DNA of 63,863 nt, filler included, from Asterionella formosa (GCA_002256025.1; 14 parts of 14 records of this genome joined end to end with filler, not necessarily neighbours in it), one strand, 5' to 3'; counted from the whole stretch's first letter, positions 12,381 to 27,090 are shown. Notes: generated by a model not told the origin, from the letters alone. Program-made: numbers and translations.

Positions 12381-14015
12381 ATATTGATAACGAAAATTGA
12401 AGTCGCCGATGGCGCATTGCTTCACATAGTTTAGAGCAACAATGCATAATTCAAAACGAAGTTGTGACGAGATTTGACACTTTCACAGTATGCAACACGC
12501 TACACTACGGTAATCTGTAGGTCGAACCAAATTTATTTGATTCTCTATTTAACAATATCGATTAATAGTCCATTAACATTTTCAAAATTACACTTTCTTT
12601 GTTTACAATTACTGATCCAGTTGGTGACAACGTACAACTAGAAATTTGCTGATAACGAATAGAACTTGTTGATAAAGACTAGAATTTGATGACTACGACT
12701 AGAAGTTACTAAGCGATTTGTGAACCCTATAAACAAACCGTCTTCCATTCGTTGAATAAAATTACCAGTAGAAGTAGGGGAACACGAATTTGATGATCAG
12801 AACACGACTTGGATTTAATGAATGATAACTAAATGGCATAGAAAGAAACTTAAGGGAGTTTGGAATAAAAAGCCAGCCTATCCCTTCCGATACTAGGCAT
12901 GAGATGAATCATTGAGAGTGATTCGAAACTGAAAAAGTGCGCATAAAACATGTTCAAGTATCGGGTCTTCATGGTACCAGGAAGTCGCGGTAATTTTGTT
13001 TCATCTTTTTATTCATTCCCAGAACCAACAGATATTTCCCGACTCTTGAGCGGTTGAGAAAACAAATTTTGAAGCTACTAACGGTTTGCGCCCGCTGACC
13101 AACGTAAACGCGACTAGAGAAAAATTGATATTTTTTGTTAATTTGAAAAAATCCTGACGAATTTTTATTTTGGGTAAAATTGCTCAAGGACTATTTAAGT
13201 GTAAGCAAATGGGCTCAACTTTAAGCAAACCAAGTTTGAGCAAAACAACTTGAAGCAAAATTTTCTATAAACTTGTACAAACAACGTCCATAATTCTTAT
13301 GTACATAAGCAAACCAAGTTTAAGCAAAACGGTATAACTTTAAGTAAAATGTATGTACTAAGCAAATGGCAGATTAAGCGAAACAGATTTGTCTCAGTCT
13401 TTTAGGCTAAATCAAACTAAAGCTAAATATAATTTGAAACAGCAAGTCAGACAGGTTGGCGGTTTATTAAACGGAAATCAAAATGATACACATATATTGG
13501 ATCACTATTGCCAGCACGAAGACGTACGTACTAGCACTATGACAAAAGCAAAATTACCGTAATTTGCAGGTACCGGTATGGACACGGCCAAGTCTTCTCC
13601 CGTTGTCATGAAGGACAGGCGATAAGATCTGCTATTATCTACCTTGAATGATTCCGTTTTCCTTGAACTCACAAGAATAGTACTCGGAATAAAATATACC
13701 AACTGCTCTTTACTTGTTATCCTCAGCCATGATCCTCGGCTCCGGCAATGCATTTTTGACACTTGGAGCACATTTTAGATAATTTAATTATTTAGTGATT
13801 CTTTGTTAATTATTTACTGTCTTATCTTTCTATATTTATTGACGTTGATTGATCATCAATGTAAAATCGAGTGCTATTGCTCCGCCCTGTTCCCCATAAA
13901 TAAATCCGATCAGTTTCGTTTGCTCCTTAAAATCACGGTGGTGATGATGAACAAACAGAAGGCGGTGCCTATGAACGCAAGAAGAATTTACTCAGTACAT
14001 GAATAATTACTTACT

Positions 14016-15416
14016 GGGCGCGCTCTGATATTAAAAAATTATTTTATCATGTGTGTATTATAACACAAATTGTTTTGGCGATTTGATACATAATAACGTC
14101 GTCGCGCTCTGATAATCAAGATATTTTAGATTAGTCATCTGACATTTTATATAAATTTAACTTTAATTTATAACAGTTATAGTTACATAGCGATGCATCC
14201 TCTTGCGTGTTATGCGGCCTCTTGTTCATTGTCCACATGATCCATAATTTCAACAATGTCAGTCACTGACCAGCATGTCGGCTTACCTCTCCTCATCTCC
14301 TGATGACAAGTATGATGCCATGAGTGAACTTAAAACATGAGACAGAGACATGGAAATTTCAGCTTTCTCAAGAAACAAGCCTTTGATCGTGACTTTTCAC
14401 TCCAAAATGAAGACAGTCAGAGGGACTTGCATCGTTTGTTTGCCCATGCTATGGACTGAGCCCAACCTGTTCCCGCTTTTCAACGACAAGTTCTGATCAA
14501 TCCCCATAGCGATGGAGGTGAAATCAATCAAGTTTTCGATGAAATTAAAATTCGATTTCAGCAAAGGCAAGAGCGATTGGCAGCAAGCCCGCCAACCCGA
14601 CTTTCAAAGACAAGATAGTATCAATTCCCATGGGGATAGTAGTAGAGGTGAAATCAATTCAGTTTTTGATGACATTGAAAATCAATATCAACAGCTGCAA
14701 GAGAAATTGGAAGCAAATACAAATGTATTGCAGCTTGTATATGGAGACGATCATGAGTTACCAGCGGAGATCCAGTGGGATGTGTTTTGTCTGGAAAATA
14801 AGTTCCATGCTGCAGACGCCATTGTACAAAGGATGCTACAGTAACGAAGGTCTGTGGTGAACATAATATCTTCATTTACAAGCACAGCAAATGTATTTTA
14901 GTTTATGGCAGTGTTGACGATGTAGTGACATTAAAGCTAACAAAAAAATGTATAGAATCATATACTGTTCTCTGTTTCTTCATTTCGCCTTATAGTCATC
15001 AATCAGTGCAGACATTGCACATGAATTGATAGTGGCTGCGACCACTAAGATTGTATTGCAGTCGGATTGTGAACAAGAAGACATGATCACAACAAAACTG
15101 GAAGTAGACAAGGATTGATGATACCTTTAGGATGATTGATGTGTATATGTATATGCGTACTGACATCATTTTTGGTAAGAGCAATCCATTTCGGGTATGA
15201 GCAAGCAAGTCTTGAAATATTACGGGAAATTAAATGTAGTCATTCATGCCTAAATATCTACTTATATAATAGACTGTTATTTATAACTGTAAAAATTTGT
15301 GTTTGTGTTGACCAAATTTGGTAAACCTGGTAGGCACCCCATTTTGGGGTTATGGGTACAACGATTTGTGTTATAATACACATGATATAATAATTTTTTA
15401 ATATCAGAGCGCGCCC
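14016..15416. mobile_element. Non-autonomous PIF/Harbinger-type (Pangu-like) DNA transposon, 1.4 kb
   Basis: ~50-bp TIRs GGGCGCGCTCTGATATTAAAAAATTAT...; ACT duplication at 14013-14015 and 15417-15419; internal degenerate ORF 14512-14844. Confidence 0.8.
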
Positions 15417-17954
15417 ACTGATGGCAGAAGTTTACCGGTGCACAATTATTATGCAACTGAAAAAACATTTACTTTGCCGACATTATCATGACAACCATAA
15501 AAACAAATGAAAGTTGTTGATTTTCTTACATAAAGCTATGTTATTATTAGTCATTGGAGTAGAATAGATTATTCGCTAGTATATTATGAAACGAATTTCA
15601 TTGTAGCTTCTATGATCGTTTGGACATAGTCGAATATGTAAATTCGGAAATCTCACAATGGCGCTCAACACTAACGATGATTTCTTGATCCCTCTTTGTT
15701 GCATCAAAACGCGATGCTTTCGAACAGATGCGCTGTTTTACGATGTACTATATTCTACACGAGTTTAAATTTAAAACCAATTATTGATTTATGATTCAAT
15801 ATTTACCTGTTCAAAATTGTCTCTCATCATCGCTATTGATGCCTTTGTCGATAAGCAACACCATCATAACGTTAAAAGAGCTTCATAGACCACAAGTATT
15901 GTAAGACCTGCATATTTTATGTAGGAGCATTGTCAAACAACAAATTGTAGGCTGTTATGTGACAGACGTAGTTAAATATTACTTGAACCGTCACCAAAAT
16001 AAATCACTACAATTTCATTGGACCCAGAACTAAATATTAATACTGAAGTATCATCGAAAACGACTATTACATCTAAGACGCCGTTTACGGCACTTTTTCA
16101 AATTTATGTCTAAAGTGATGTATTTATGCTACTTTTCTAAAATATTATGCTACTTTTTTGGGAATTTATTTGGGTCAAACCAAAATTTATGTGTTCTAAA
16201 ACAAAATTTATTCTACTTATCTAATAATTATGTGATCAAACCAATAATTATGTGAGTTCGCAACAATATTTTTTCCAACTAGCCCTCATAACGGTATAAT
16301 GGCGAAATTACGCCACTTCACGGCAATACTATGCTGGTCTCACCACATGAATAAATAAAGAGTACCTGGTACCTAATTTCGATTCAATTATTATTTTTTC
16401 CTCTATCACATTTTCCCTTGATATCGACTGCCAAAGAACAAAACAGCACAGGCAGTTGTTGGCGCCGATATCTGCATCCACAAATGCCGTTGGTACAATC
16501 AATCATTCTTATTTGATGAATAACTATTTTAACAATTTTTTGCTTCAACTAATCATGTTATTGTTATAGTCGTTCATTGCTCAGCAACTGCAAAAATGTC
16601 AAATCTGTTCGCAACAGCGTCGTTTTGATTTGATCATCCAACAATCATCCATGACCGCGGACCAGATGGTAGTGAAACAGGAGCTAATGCTTTGCTTCAA
16701 GACAGGTTGTGTTATGATGATTGTTTCTAGAAAATTGATTGAAGGTTGCCAACGCAACAAGCAGAGCAGCTCGGCATGCTGCTCAGCGATTTTTACAACT
16801 ATATTGGTTGCAATAGCTATAGTCAAATAATGTAAATATATTTTGAATGATATGACAACAACATTAATAGCGCAATAGCATTCCCATTTTACTTTGCTCT
16901 TCATAGAAATTATAGTTGATTGCTGCAAACAATAATTGCGGTTGTTGATACAGAAATTATATGATCGGTCATTCAAAAATATTGTTAGTTTGCCCAAAAT
17001 TTATGTGGGTTTATAAAAAATTTAGGAAGTTGTCGAAAATATCTGAGGATTCATTGTTATGTGATATACACAGCAAGACAATATACAAAAGTATCGCATT
17101 CGATTTATTTGGTATCTGATTTGTGTCATATCCCTATCCCTGTCACCTGTTATTGGACAAGTAACTTGAGCATTCATAAACAGGCGCGCCAAGGTCATAG
17201 ACCCACATACCGGTACCTGGTACCTGGTACCATCATCCCCCATACCACACTGGAAAGGAATTGTTGATGGGCGCAGGCATTTGATGTGGCTGAATGCTTC
17301 GCCATTTGTATATACAGTACATACCAGGTACCAGGGTACCAGTAGAGTTGTGTGTGATTGTGATGTATAAACCTGGTACCAGGTAGTATACCAGCACTCA
17401 GATTATATCTTTATGCGAATTCTTAAAAATAATTTTGAGTTAACCAAACGGGGTAATCCGTGATCGTAAAGGTATATACAATTATTTATTTAAGTACTCC
17501 TGCAGTGACTCATTACCGGCAAATTATATTCAGATACCGGTAAAAAGGTTCGTATCTCTGCACCTCGACCTTCAATGAGAATATCGATAGATCCACAACC
17601 TGCTGATACCTTTGATTAAAAAGACCTGAAAGTTTCATTCTCGCATAACATGGAATAGGTTTAGTCAAACTAATCAAACAAAGAGGAGAACTCAGTGGGT
17701 CACAGCAGTTTTTCACTCGTAGCATTTAGACGACGATATTCACATGCTGCGAAGACAAATTTTTTTTTATCGATCCAATTCTACGATATAGTCAGGAGTT
17801 AGGATCAATCCTAACCAAAAAATGGACCCGGCAGGAACAATCATTAGCCCCACCTTCCAAGCATAATACGACCAACAAGGAAAATCACTTCCGTGAATAC
17901 AATCGCCCCTTTCCTCGTTTAAAACTCTTTATCAGACTTCTGGAGGTCGGCTCG

Positions 17955-18686
17955 ATGTCTCAAGAACTTAGACGAAGAACTACAGGAGGAGCAGGTGACA
18001 TGCAAACGAATAATGACGATGACCAGTTTCTGAGCAGTCGAAATGGTGCTGGTCTCTCTGCTGCGGCCATGATGAAAGCGTCTCCGTCGCAGTTTGGAGA
18101 AACAGTCAAGCTACACGTACCAATATTTTTCTCCATTCTACCTACCTTCATTCAGCGCCTTGTAGTTTCAACGGGGGTGCTCCGTTGCCTTGCACCTACA
18201 TGGACAGAACGATTTCTCATCCAAATTGGGTGTTTTCTGTACAAATTTAGTGACGAAACCTCGAAAACTCCCAAGGGAACTCCTTTTGCCATTGATTCAG
18301 TTGACGTTCACCTTGTAGAATTCGTGAAGGGTAATGACTTAGACGGAGCTGACTTTGTCATTCCACACCTTCCGTCCGCCTATAAAAGTGTGTTTGTTGT
18401 CTCCACATTGCGAAAGAAGCATTATTACGCGGTTCGAAACAATTGCGACGCCATAGCATGGGTTAATTCTATTCGTGAGGGACGCCAAGAGGCAATCAGT
18501 AGATCCATGGGTCACACAAATCAGATGCCGTATCCGCAATCATGGAGTTATTTTGATACCATGGCCAAAACATTTGTGAAGTCCAAAGAACGCATCAAAG
18601 CTCGCATGGAGGAATCAAACATTAGAGAAATGGAGATGTCCACTATTGGCGAAGGTGGCCCTGCACCTAGAGGATTTTATGGATAA
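17955..18686 (+). CDS. PH-domain-containing protein (243 aa)
   Basis: Intact ORF in gene-like composition; PH-like pattern FLYKF...PKG...VFVVSTLRKKHYYA...AIAWVNSI. Confidence 0.7.
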   Translation: MSQELRRRTTGGAGDMQTNNDDDQFLSSRNGAGLSAAAMMKASPSQFGETVKLHVPIFFSILPTFIQRLVVSTGVLRCLAPTWTERFLIQIGCFLYKFSDETSKTPKGTPFAIDSVDVHLVEFVKGNDLDGADFVIPHLPSAYKSVFVVSTLRKKHYYAVRNNCDAIAWVNSIREGRQEAISRSMGHTNQMPYPQSWSYFDTMAKTFVKSKERIKARMEESNIREMEMSTIGEGGPAPRGFYG

Positions 18687-20426
18687 TCTTACATATTGAT
18701 GTACGTGCACATACATTATTAGATACAGATATCGAGCTATTTAGTAAGAGTGTTTGCCAAGCTTCGCAAGAGCACCTTAGGCTTGGAAGGATGATAATAT
18801 AAGTAACATGTCAACCAACCCTTCGGTAGCGTCTAGTTCACTTTCTGCTTCCAGGTGGTGCAGCGGCAATACTATGAGCAATGAGCTGTGATTGATAACT
18901 TGACAGCACCACCCGACACATGAATAGACAATAATTGGATTAGATGAGTATTATTCAATCATATCTGCTATAAATTATAACGCTTTTCACTTGATTTGTT
19001 TGTGAAATCATCAAGGAGATGTTAAGGGTACCAGTATTGCTATTTAATGATTTCATCACATCATGCTGGAATGACATAGCAAACTCCTTGCTTGCTCAGT
19101 GCAGTCGAACAAATCTAACTGTGGTCGGTTTGGCTATTTGAGGCGCGCTTGTTCATAGCCAAGGCAAGTGGGCAGAGCCTATCTACAAACAACGGAAATG
19201 TCATCATTGGCCTCAGGGACCATGTGGCTATAGTACTGTACGTCAACCAGTTGCAAAATATGTGACAAACTCATGAGTGTCAAAGGGAAGGCACCACATC
19301 ATTACGTAAGTAGATGGATGCGTCTCAGAATAAGAATACTGTGGTTTGGAAGCAGTTGTCAGCTGCTTTGCCAATGAGAGCGGAATGATCCCCCAGCTCG
19401 TCGTTGTTGGACACCAATTTTGTCGTCGCCCGCTAAAATGGGTGACTACTACTTTAGAAAATCATCCATCAAATTGGAACAGTGATGGTTGGGGCAAATC
19501 AAGAATGTGTACATCAGACTACTATAGTGATTTGTTTTTGAGTGACAATGCTACTTTTCATGGAAAGCCATACTAGTTCACTACTATTATTTGACCTGCT
19601 CAAGAGATTCAAACACAGAACCATTTATGTTAAAGAAAAATCCCGGTATGAATTACCGGTACTTACTACATATTGAATCGAATGAATCAAAGAAGAATAT
19701 GATACCAGAGAAAACTCAGAATTCGAAAACAATCTCCGGTACATCGCCAGTAAAACCCATAATTCTACTAAAACTCCCAGGAACGATTACAATCAATTAC
19801 TGCAACATCGTTGTTCATATCTACAGCCTATTTGGTCCCTGACGTGTTCTTACAGGATACAAGAAAGCAATAGAGGGCTTCGGGACACAATTTCAACAAT
19901 TTCTCCTAGCTTATTATATTGTATCTTCTGTACAACAAGCAGGGTCATTCTGAGCAGCAGGTAATGCAACAAACCTTGGGGCTAATGCTGAGTTAAAGGC
20001 AATTGTACATTTTTGCAACCACCATGATGTAAACAATGACCCATCAGCGGATTTGCACCACTATCATTAGGGGTTGGAACAGGCATAGTAACAAAAGTTT
20101 CAACATTCGATGGTGCCAATGACAGAGAGGTGGTGGCACCCAAAACGACAGATATTTGCTCATGGAGGACTTCACTCTCTGCAATTGTTTTTGAAAATTG
20201 TGCCAACAATGGTATGTTGGCATCTGTTTTGGCAAGCTGCATCTACAACGACACTTATTGGTACAGGCACAAGAAAAAAACGCTAGTCAAATATGATCAC
20301 CCAAATTAATAATTGGGTGGTCCAACAATGCCTGCAAATAAAAACTATCATGAATATAGGATCAAGGGTATTGTATGCTAAGTGGCACAGGATTTTTAAA
20401 TATATGATAGTTTTTGGATCAAAAAT

Positions 20427-20873
20427 ATGATTATGCATTTCTATTGGGTGCGTGATTGGGTCCGTCAGGGTCAATTCCTTGTTTACTGGAAAAAAGGCAG
20501 TTTAAATCGCACGGATTACTTTACCAAACACCATCCTGCCTCCCATCACACATTGATCTGCGCTCAGTATTTACATTCTCCATTGTCCTCTGCTCATCAT
20601 CCTAATTACTATGCTTGTTTGGATTCTGATGATGCTACTGTTACCACCTGCCCTTGTGGCACCGCCACTACTGTCCATTGGCCTCCTGCATCTGGTGGTG
20701 AGGGTGTATTAATACCTGCGTCCAGTACACCGTGCAAGCGCAGTGCAGACCAGACCAGTGTAACCACCAGATTAGGTATATCTAGGTACACCGGCAATCA
20801 TGCCCCAATGACAGCGATAGAATAGTCATAATATTGTAGCTAACCTTTGTTATTGACAAGGTTCCCCTCAACA
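20427..20873 (+). mobile_element. Ty1/Copia 3' remnant (RNase H end, PPT, LTR 20707-20873)
   Basis: MHFYWVRDWVRQGQFLVYWKKGSLNRTDYFTKHHP; GGTGAGGGTG tract then LTR ending CCTCAACA; same family as 6475-7340. Confidence 0.85.
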
Positions 20874-20886
20874 CCAGTACCTGGTA

Positions 20887-22550
20887 CTCCCTCTGTCAAG
20901 TAGCAGTTGCATCGATAATTCAAATTTATCTGGGTCCATTTTGACAGCTACGATTTTCTCCGGCTCAATAACCCTATGGTGCAGTTTACTCTAAGCTACC
21001 GATCCATGTATACATTATATATAGAAAGATTAAAATTGGCAACTACATTTGAAAAAAAGGTTTTTCGGCTTTTTCGACTTCCACTTTTGCTCATCTTGAG
21101 CGAAATGCAGATGCCTGACCCTCCTTTTTTCTTGCCACCAACTCTTCTCAACAAGCACTTGAGAAAGGATCTTACAACAGAAGAGTGTCAATTCATGTTG
21201 GATTATGGATTTCGGAACCTCCAAAAAGGACCTGATGTAGGGGACGAAATAGATGGTCGGCTCATTTTAGTGCGTGGAACCGTTAAATTTTTGGCGGGCC
21301 GGTTCAAAGTTGATAAAACAACTATACAACGCATTTGGAACCGCACGCTCGAATCCTATTATAATGATGATACTTACGTGTTTGCATTGCTTTCCTGCAA
21401 ATTATTGACTGGGTATACTCGCAAATACCCACGTGAAGAAATAATTGCAGCAATTAGAGGTATTCCATATCGCAAGCATACTACGTATCGTAAATTAGCA
21501 GCTGCTCTTGCCCTTCCCAAGTTCAACAGTTTTTTGGATTGCAAAGGATAACAGAGGGAATGTAATACGACCGCACACAAGTGCAGTCATTCCGATGCTT
21601 TTGGAGGAGGGTAAGATAAGTCGTTTTATGTATTGTGTTAATCATTTACAATTGAACCATCCAGATCAAGAACATCCTTCCCCTGACATTGATTTTGATC
21701 CGGGACTGTTTGGTTACTATGATGGCTTCTACGACCAGCAAGTCCAAATAGATGAAAAGTGGTTCTTTGTTTCAGAAGGAAAGTTGAAAATATATCTGGC
21801 TCATGGAGAAGAGGCTCCCACAAAAAGGCAGATGAAACATAAAGAGCATAACGAAAATGTCATGTTCCTTTCTGCTGTGACACGTCCGCGTTTTGACGAC
21901 GAAAAAGTGTGTACGTTTGATGGTAAGATTGGAATTTGGCCATTTGTGAACCAAGTAGCAGCGCAAAGAAGTTTAATTTATTGACGACCGGCAGGGACAA
22001 TGGAAACAAAGTCACTCCCAGTGACAAAACAGTCATATGCTGACATGATTGTTGATAATGTTTTACCTACTATGATACTAAAAGCGAAGTGGCCTGATGG
22101 AAACAAACAAATATATCTACAGCATGACAATGCTTCAACACATTTTGGTTCCGATTTTGCTCCCTTTGTAGCAGCTGCAACAGATGAAGAATGGGATATT
22201 CGATTGACTAAGCAACCAACGAAAAGTCCGGATTTGAATATCAACGATCTATCTTTTTTTAGGGCATTACAGTCAGGTCAATGGGACTCAGTGGAAGAAG
22301 CCCACAACGACATCAACGGTTTGATAGAGGCAGTGCAGGCAGCATTCGTTTTTTTGAACCAACCAAATTGAATTGTTCTTTTTTAACATTACAGGGTTGC
22401 TTGGAAGAGATTATTTTGGTCAATGGCAACAACAATTATAATATACCTCACATTGGGAAGGCGGCTCTGGAATGGGCGGGAGTTTTACCTGATAGGTTAG
22501 CAGCTGGGGAAGGAGCAATCGAGTTGGCCAGCACATTTCTGGATTATCTT
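20887..22550 (+). mobile_element. DD39D (plant-type) mariner transposon with pseudogenised transposase
   Basis: TA|CTCCCTCTGT Stowaway-like left TIR; IDEKWF, QHDNA and SPDLNIND motifs with 39 residues between the 2nd and 3rd Asp; split over four ORFs; no right TIR found. Confidence 0.85.
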
Positions 22551-22930
22551 TTTAACAGTGTAGGGTGTATTGATAAGGATGTTTTCGTCTCCGGCGCCAT
22601 TTTGCACGGCTGCATTGGATCAAAAGACGTTCCCCCTTATATATATACTAGCTAGCACTGGTTGTTGTATTGAACTTATCATTTCTTTGACAAGTTGGAT
22701 AACTATAGTTGGATTTTATTTAACTACACAGCAGTATGATTATGAAATGTAAAAAGAGCAACTCCATACTAGCCTCGCATATTCTTTGTTTGGTTTGCTC
22801 CTTAGGGTCGTTCTTATCATTCCGAATTTGCTGTATCATTTCCGGGTTGTGGGCAAAAAATGACGGTTGGTATCAAAACACGGTATCAGCAACGGTAACT
22901 TGATGGTATCAATTTTGTATCATTGATACA

Positions 22931-23030
22931 NNNNNNNNNNNNNNNNNNNNNNNNNNNNNNNNNNNNNNNNNNNNTTAATTAATTAANNNNNNNNNNNNNN
23001 NNNNNNNNNNNNNNNNNNNNNNNNNNNNNN
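22931..23030. other. Artificial contig linker N44-TTAATTAATTAA-N44 (13 copies in window)
   Basis: 100-bp spacers also at 45886, 47385, 48885, 50384, 51883, 53381, 54879, 56377, 57874, 59371, 60867 and 62366; the linker has stops in all six frames. Confidence 0.97.
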
Positions 23031-26000
23031 TGCAAAAATGCAAGAAGCACAAGTTGAATGCCCATTTATGGATTCAAGTTTCAGTAGTGCAACAATGTAA
23101 AATATTAGAAACCGGAAGTCACATTTCATCTCATTACGGTTTTCATTAGCTATACTAGTATTGATTGAGAGGAAGCAATGGTAGAATGGCTGCCAAACAG
23201 GCGGGGGCAAACACAGAGAATCCTAATAATTTTTCTTCCCAATGATCCCAGTCCCTTCTTGAATGTCACTTGCTACAGAAAATGTAGAACAGCCGCCATG
23301 ATCTGTTGATTGTTGCTTTCTGGTGCCACTGACCGAGACCTCCAGAAATCTCAATGAGTTGCTTGTTTCTTGACTTGAATGCAAAAGGGATCGAAACCAG
23401 TGGAAAAATCAAAAGGGAACTAAAAATGCTCTGCAAACATCATCAGGACAATTGTGAAAGAGAAATGAAGGTTCTTGGGAGGAGAAGTAAAGGGATAATT
23501 GCTTCTGCTGGTCTTGCGGGAACAAGAATAGATTGACCCAAACAATGTTGACAAATAGATACCTACCGGAAAAGGAAGCAATGCTTTCAGCATCATCAAT
23601 CTATACACAAGCCTGCGCCACCTGATGTCGTCAGTATAGCTACCTCGACTTCATCAATGAAGAAGTCAATGGGTGGAGCATGTGAGGAAAATCGGGGTTG
23701 AGGTTTTCTTGACGCCAACATGGACCTGCTTGGCTGAACTCCTTGCAGATGAAGGCATTGAGTAACCTGGGCCTGTGAAGCCAAAGGATAAAGAAAAATC
23801 TACGACAAGGGTGGTGAGATAGTGTTTAGGAGGGGGGAGCAAAAGATATCATAGCTGAACGCATTCGAAACTTGTATAGACAATAAATGGTGACATGCCA
23901 TGGCTGCTCTTGGCTGACAGCTGCCAAGTCAAGTACAAACACAACGAGCAAGGGTGCACAAAAGACAGTCCATGACTGGCTGATAATTAGTTGTGAGACT
24001 CACCATTCTCCAATGGGGTGGACTTTGATCATTGCTTTGTTCAAAGCACAATCAATTCGAATGCTGTCCAGTGAAACAGCCAATGAAAACAATTGTGGCG
24101 AAAAAGCGCAGAACAGATCAAGAGATTTCATAGGAATTAAAATAATAACAGCAGGGCATATATGCTGATGCACTGCTCCTTGTGTAGACTAGCTATATTT
24201 GATCATTTCCATATTTCATACTTTACAGGTGCATGGATGACTCCTCCCGCCCTTTCATTAGATATGCAGCCATGTTGCGATAATTCTACAGGACCTATAG
24301 GATTGGTAGTCTGGTGGTCATCATTTCCGCATTGTATATACCAGTAGTGTAGGAGTCATGTATGCATGCATGCTGCGATAATTCTTACAAGACATAAAAA
24401 TTTGGTAGCTTGGGGGTTATCACATCCGTACTGTATACAGGGGGAGGAAGGGGTTGCATGCATGAGCAACTACTCCGGTATAAACTATGATCTTTAATCA
24501 ATGAATTTAGATTCGTTTATCCTATAACTTTGATCATAACATATTGATCATATGATGAACGGTGTCGTTGATGAGAAAATGAACAATCAACATTTATTTT
24601 CAAGAATCAGGATCAATCGATCTTAAAAATATGATCAAATGATCCTAAACACATGAGCATATTCAGTTTTCCGCTGCACTATTGTGGTATTTCCATGATG
24701 GAAGTAATTACCAGCAATTATACAGGACTACCGGTAGGCCATATGAATTTTGGTCAACATGTCTATATACATAAATGTATGATTTCGACCATTTGAAAAA
24801 TTGGTGATGACTCCCGTTTATTAAGGGGCTTAATTAAATCAGCCACTGACTTGTAGGTACAAGAATTGACACAACAAAAATTGAAAAAACTCAACAGGTT
24901 GTGGAAAACTATGAACTCATCATGCATTGTATGTATTTGAATTATGTATAATCAAAATTGATATTAGTATACACAGGATGTGCCGTATCATGAGGGTGTT
25001 TCAAACTATGCAAATGTTCAACTATATATACATTTAAACTTCTTACAAATCTTTATATATATGTATTTATGGCTGAAACATTTGAAATCATGTTTTCATG
25101 TGGTTCCTTGTCATGCATACACTTTGCTCCTGAATTGAAGGATTAACACAGATGATGACGCAGAAAACGAAAGTGATAATAAAGCACAATGAGCTATACT
25201 TGCGGCTTAGAAGAGAAGGGCGGAATCAATTGATGGTATGTCCAGAGCGAATGCCTTTCATGTTCCTTGTCATGCTGTATCCACTTCGTCAAATGAAGGA
25301 TCTCAAGCAACGAAAAACTGAAGTGACAATACACCATGCGGCTAAGAAGGAGTGAATATGATGGGCGGAATCAACAAGCTGTGTATAGTATCACAGCATG
25401 TCAAGAGCATATGCCAGGATGATCAATTGTTGAGATTACAAATACGGAATGACTCGTCCCCTTTCAGTGATTCAATAGCTCCTTTTCGATTTGGTGACTG
25501 GTGGCCAACCATCAATGGCTGTGGACAAAAGAAATCGGTAAGTGCTGCCTATCAGCCATCTTTGGATCAATCCACAACTGTTAGAAAAACTGACACATAT
25601 GTGTTGCTTCTTTCAGGATAATGGTAGACAAACAGTAATTGTAAGTTACAAACAGCAGTGTTGGAGCCCATTTATTGATTGATACTTTGCTTCTCATTCA
25701 ATCTTCGACTGACACATTCTTCTACAGAAATATGCATCAGTTACTTCCTCAATTTTTGGTAAGTGAAGCAAGATAGAAGCGAAATGAATGTTGTTGTGTA
25801 AGCAAAACATGAAAAGCTAACAATGAATTGCTTCTCTTTGTTAGTATGATTGGGACGGCACAACAAAACGGATTAAATAGTAATAGGAAAATGCGTGAAT
25901 GCAAACTCAGGTCTGTCAGGAGTAAATGGAACAAAGCAAGCAGGGGAACAACGGCATAGCAACCAGTACAACAACCTTCAGAATTGGATTGGGGGAGGGG

Positions 26001-26549
26001 GAGGTGGAAGTGAAAGCGGCACCAACAATCATTGCGATGAGAGCATTGTAGAACATTCTGTAGCCACTTAAGATATGATAGAATCATAGAACCATTCTTA
26101 GCTAAATAAAGTTCAAATTTCGATCAATTTCATCCTATTTTAGACAGAGATATCGATGAGAATTACGATGATGCTAAGATAGATGTATGACAAAAGTATA
26201 CACATCATATGACCATGTTTAACTAATTATATGATGCAATGGTATTATAACTATGATAGTCTCATCATACTTCAAGCTTTGTAAAAGTTTACTGCATGGC
26301 TGATCATAATTATATGATACATTGATCATATTTTTGATCGAAAAACTATCATATACGTGAAAATCCTGTGCCACTTAGAGTATGATACCCTTGATCATAT
26401 TTTCATGATATTTTTTATTTACAGACGCTTAGCCTCGTCCTACTATAGTAAAAAATACACCTTGATTTTCTATTGAAAACAATCAACTGATGAGTTAACC
26501 AATTCACTTTCATGATGAAATTTTAATCTGTTGTGTCTTCCTCCATTCT

Positions 26550-27090
26550 GCGTGATTCGTACTTTCAGAGCATTGTAGCAACTGCGTGGCAATCAATCAG
26601 TCCCAATTTTGTTTCGCCTTAAAAGAGCTCTTGGAGCCCTTGAGTGTCATTGACTCCATATGACGATTTTTTCCTTCTCAGTTCATCTAGAATGGCTTCT
26701 GTTACTGATTTCACTCCATCTGGCCCTAATCGGCCGGTTTCCAGTCAAATTCAGTTTGGTCAAAGCGCACCCTCTCCTGATCCCATCAGCCAACGATATG
26801 GTTCCTTCTTCCTGCATGTGATTCCCTGCCAAGTAGAGCATATGCAAGGCAGATCCAAACAAAGCATGACCCTATGATCTAATCCCATCATCGCCGACTT
26901 GGTTGAATCCAAGATCCAATGATCCCAAAGCACGGTGTGCTGAAATCCCGACAGCCAACATATTAAAACATATCTTCGTTGCCCAAGTTGTTGTAACCTG
27001 GTTTGAGAATGAAGATTTGAATTCTGCAGCAGGGCCACTTTGACTAAGCGTGCGTCCAATGACTGCAATCCTCGCTGTGATAATCAATCT
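26550..27090 (-). pseudogene. Degenerate leucine-rich-repeat (RNI-like) gene fragment
   Basis: LGSLDLGFNQVGDDG, LYLAGNHMQEEG and LNLTGN repeats in shifting frames. Confidence 0.5.

Noticed and set aside
23031..24450. Short ORFs as genes
   Set aside because: No coherent frame, splice model or recognisable motif
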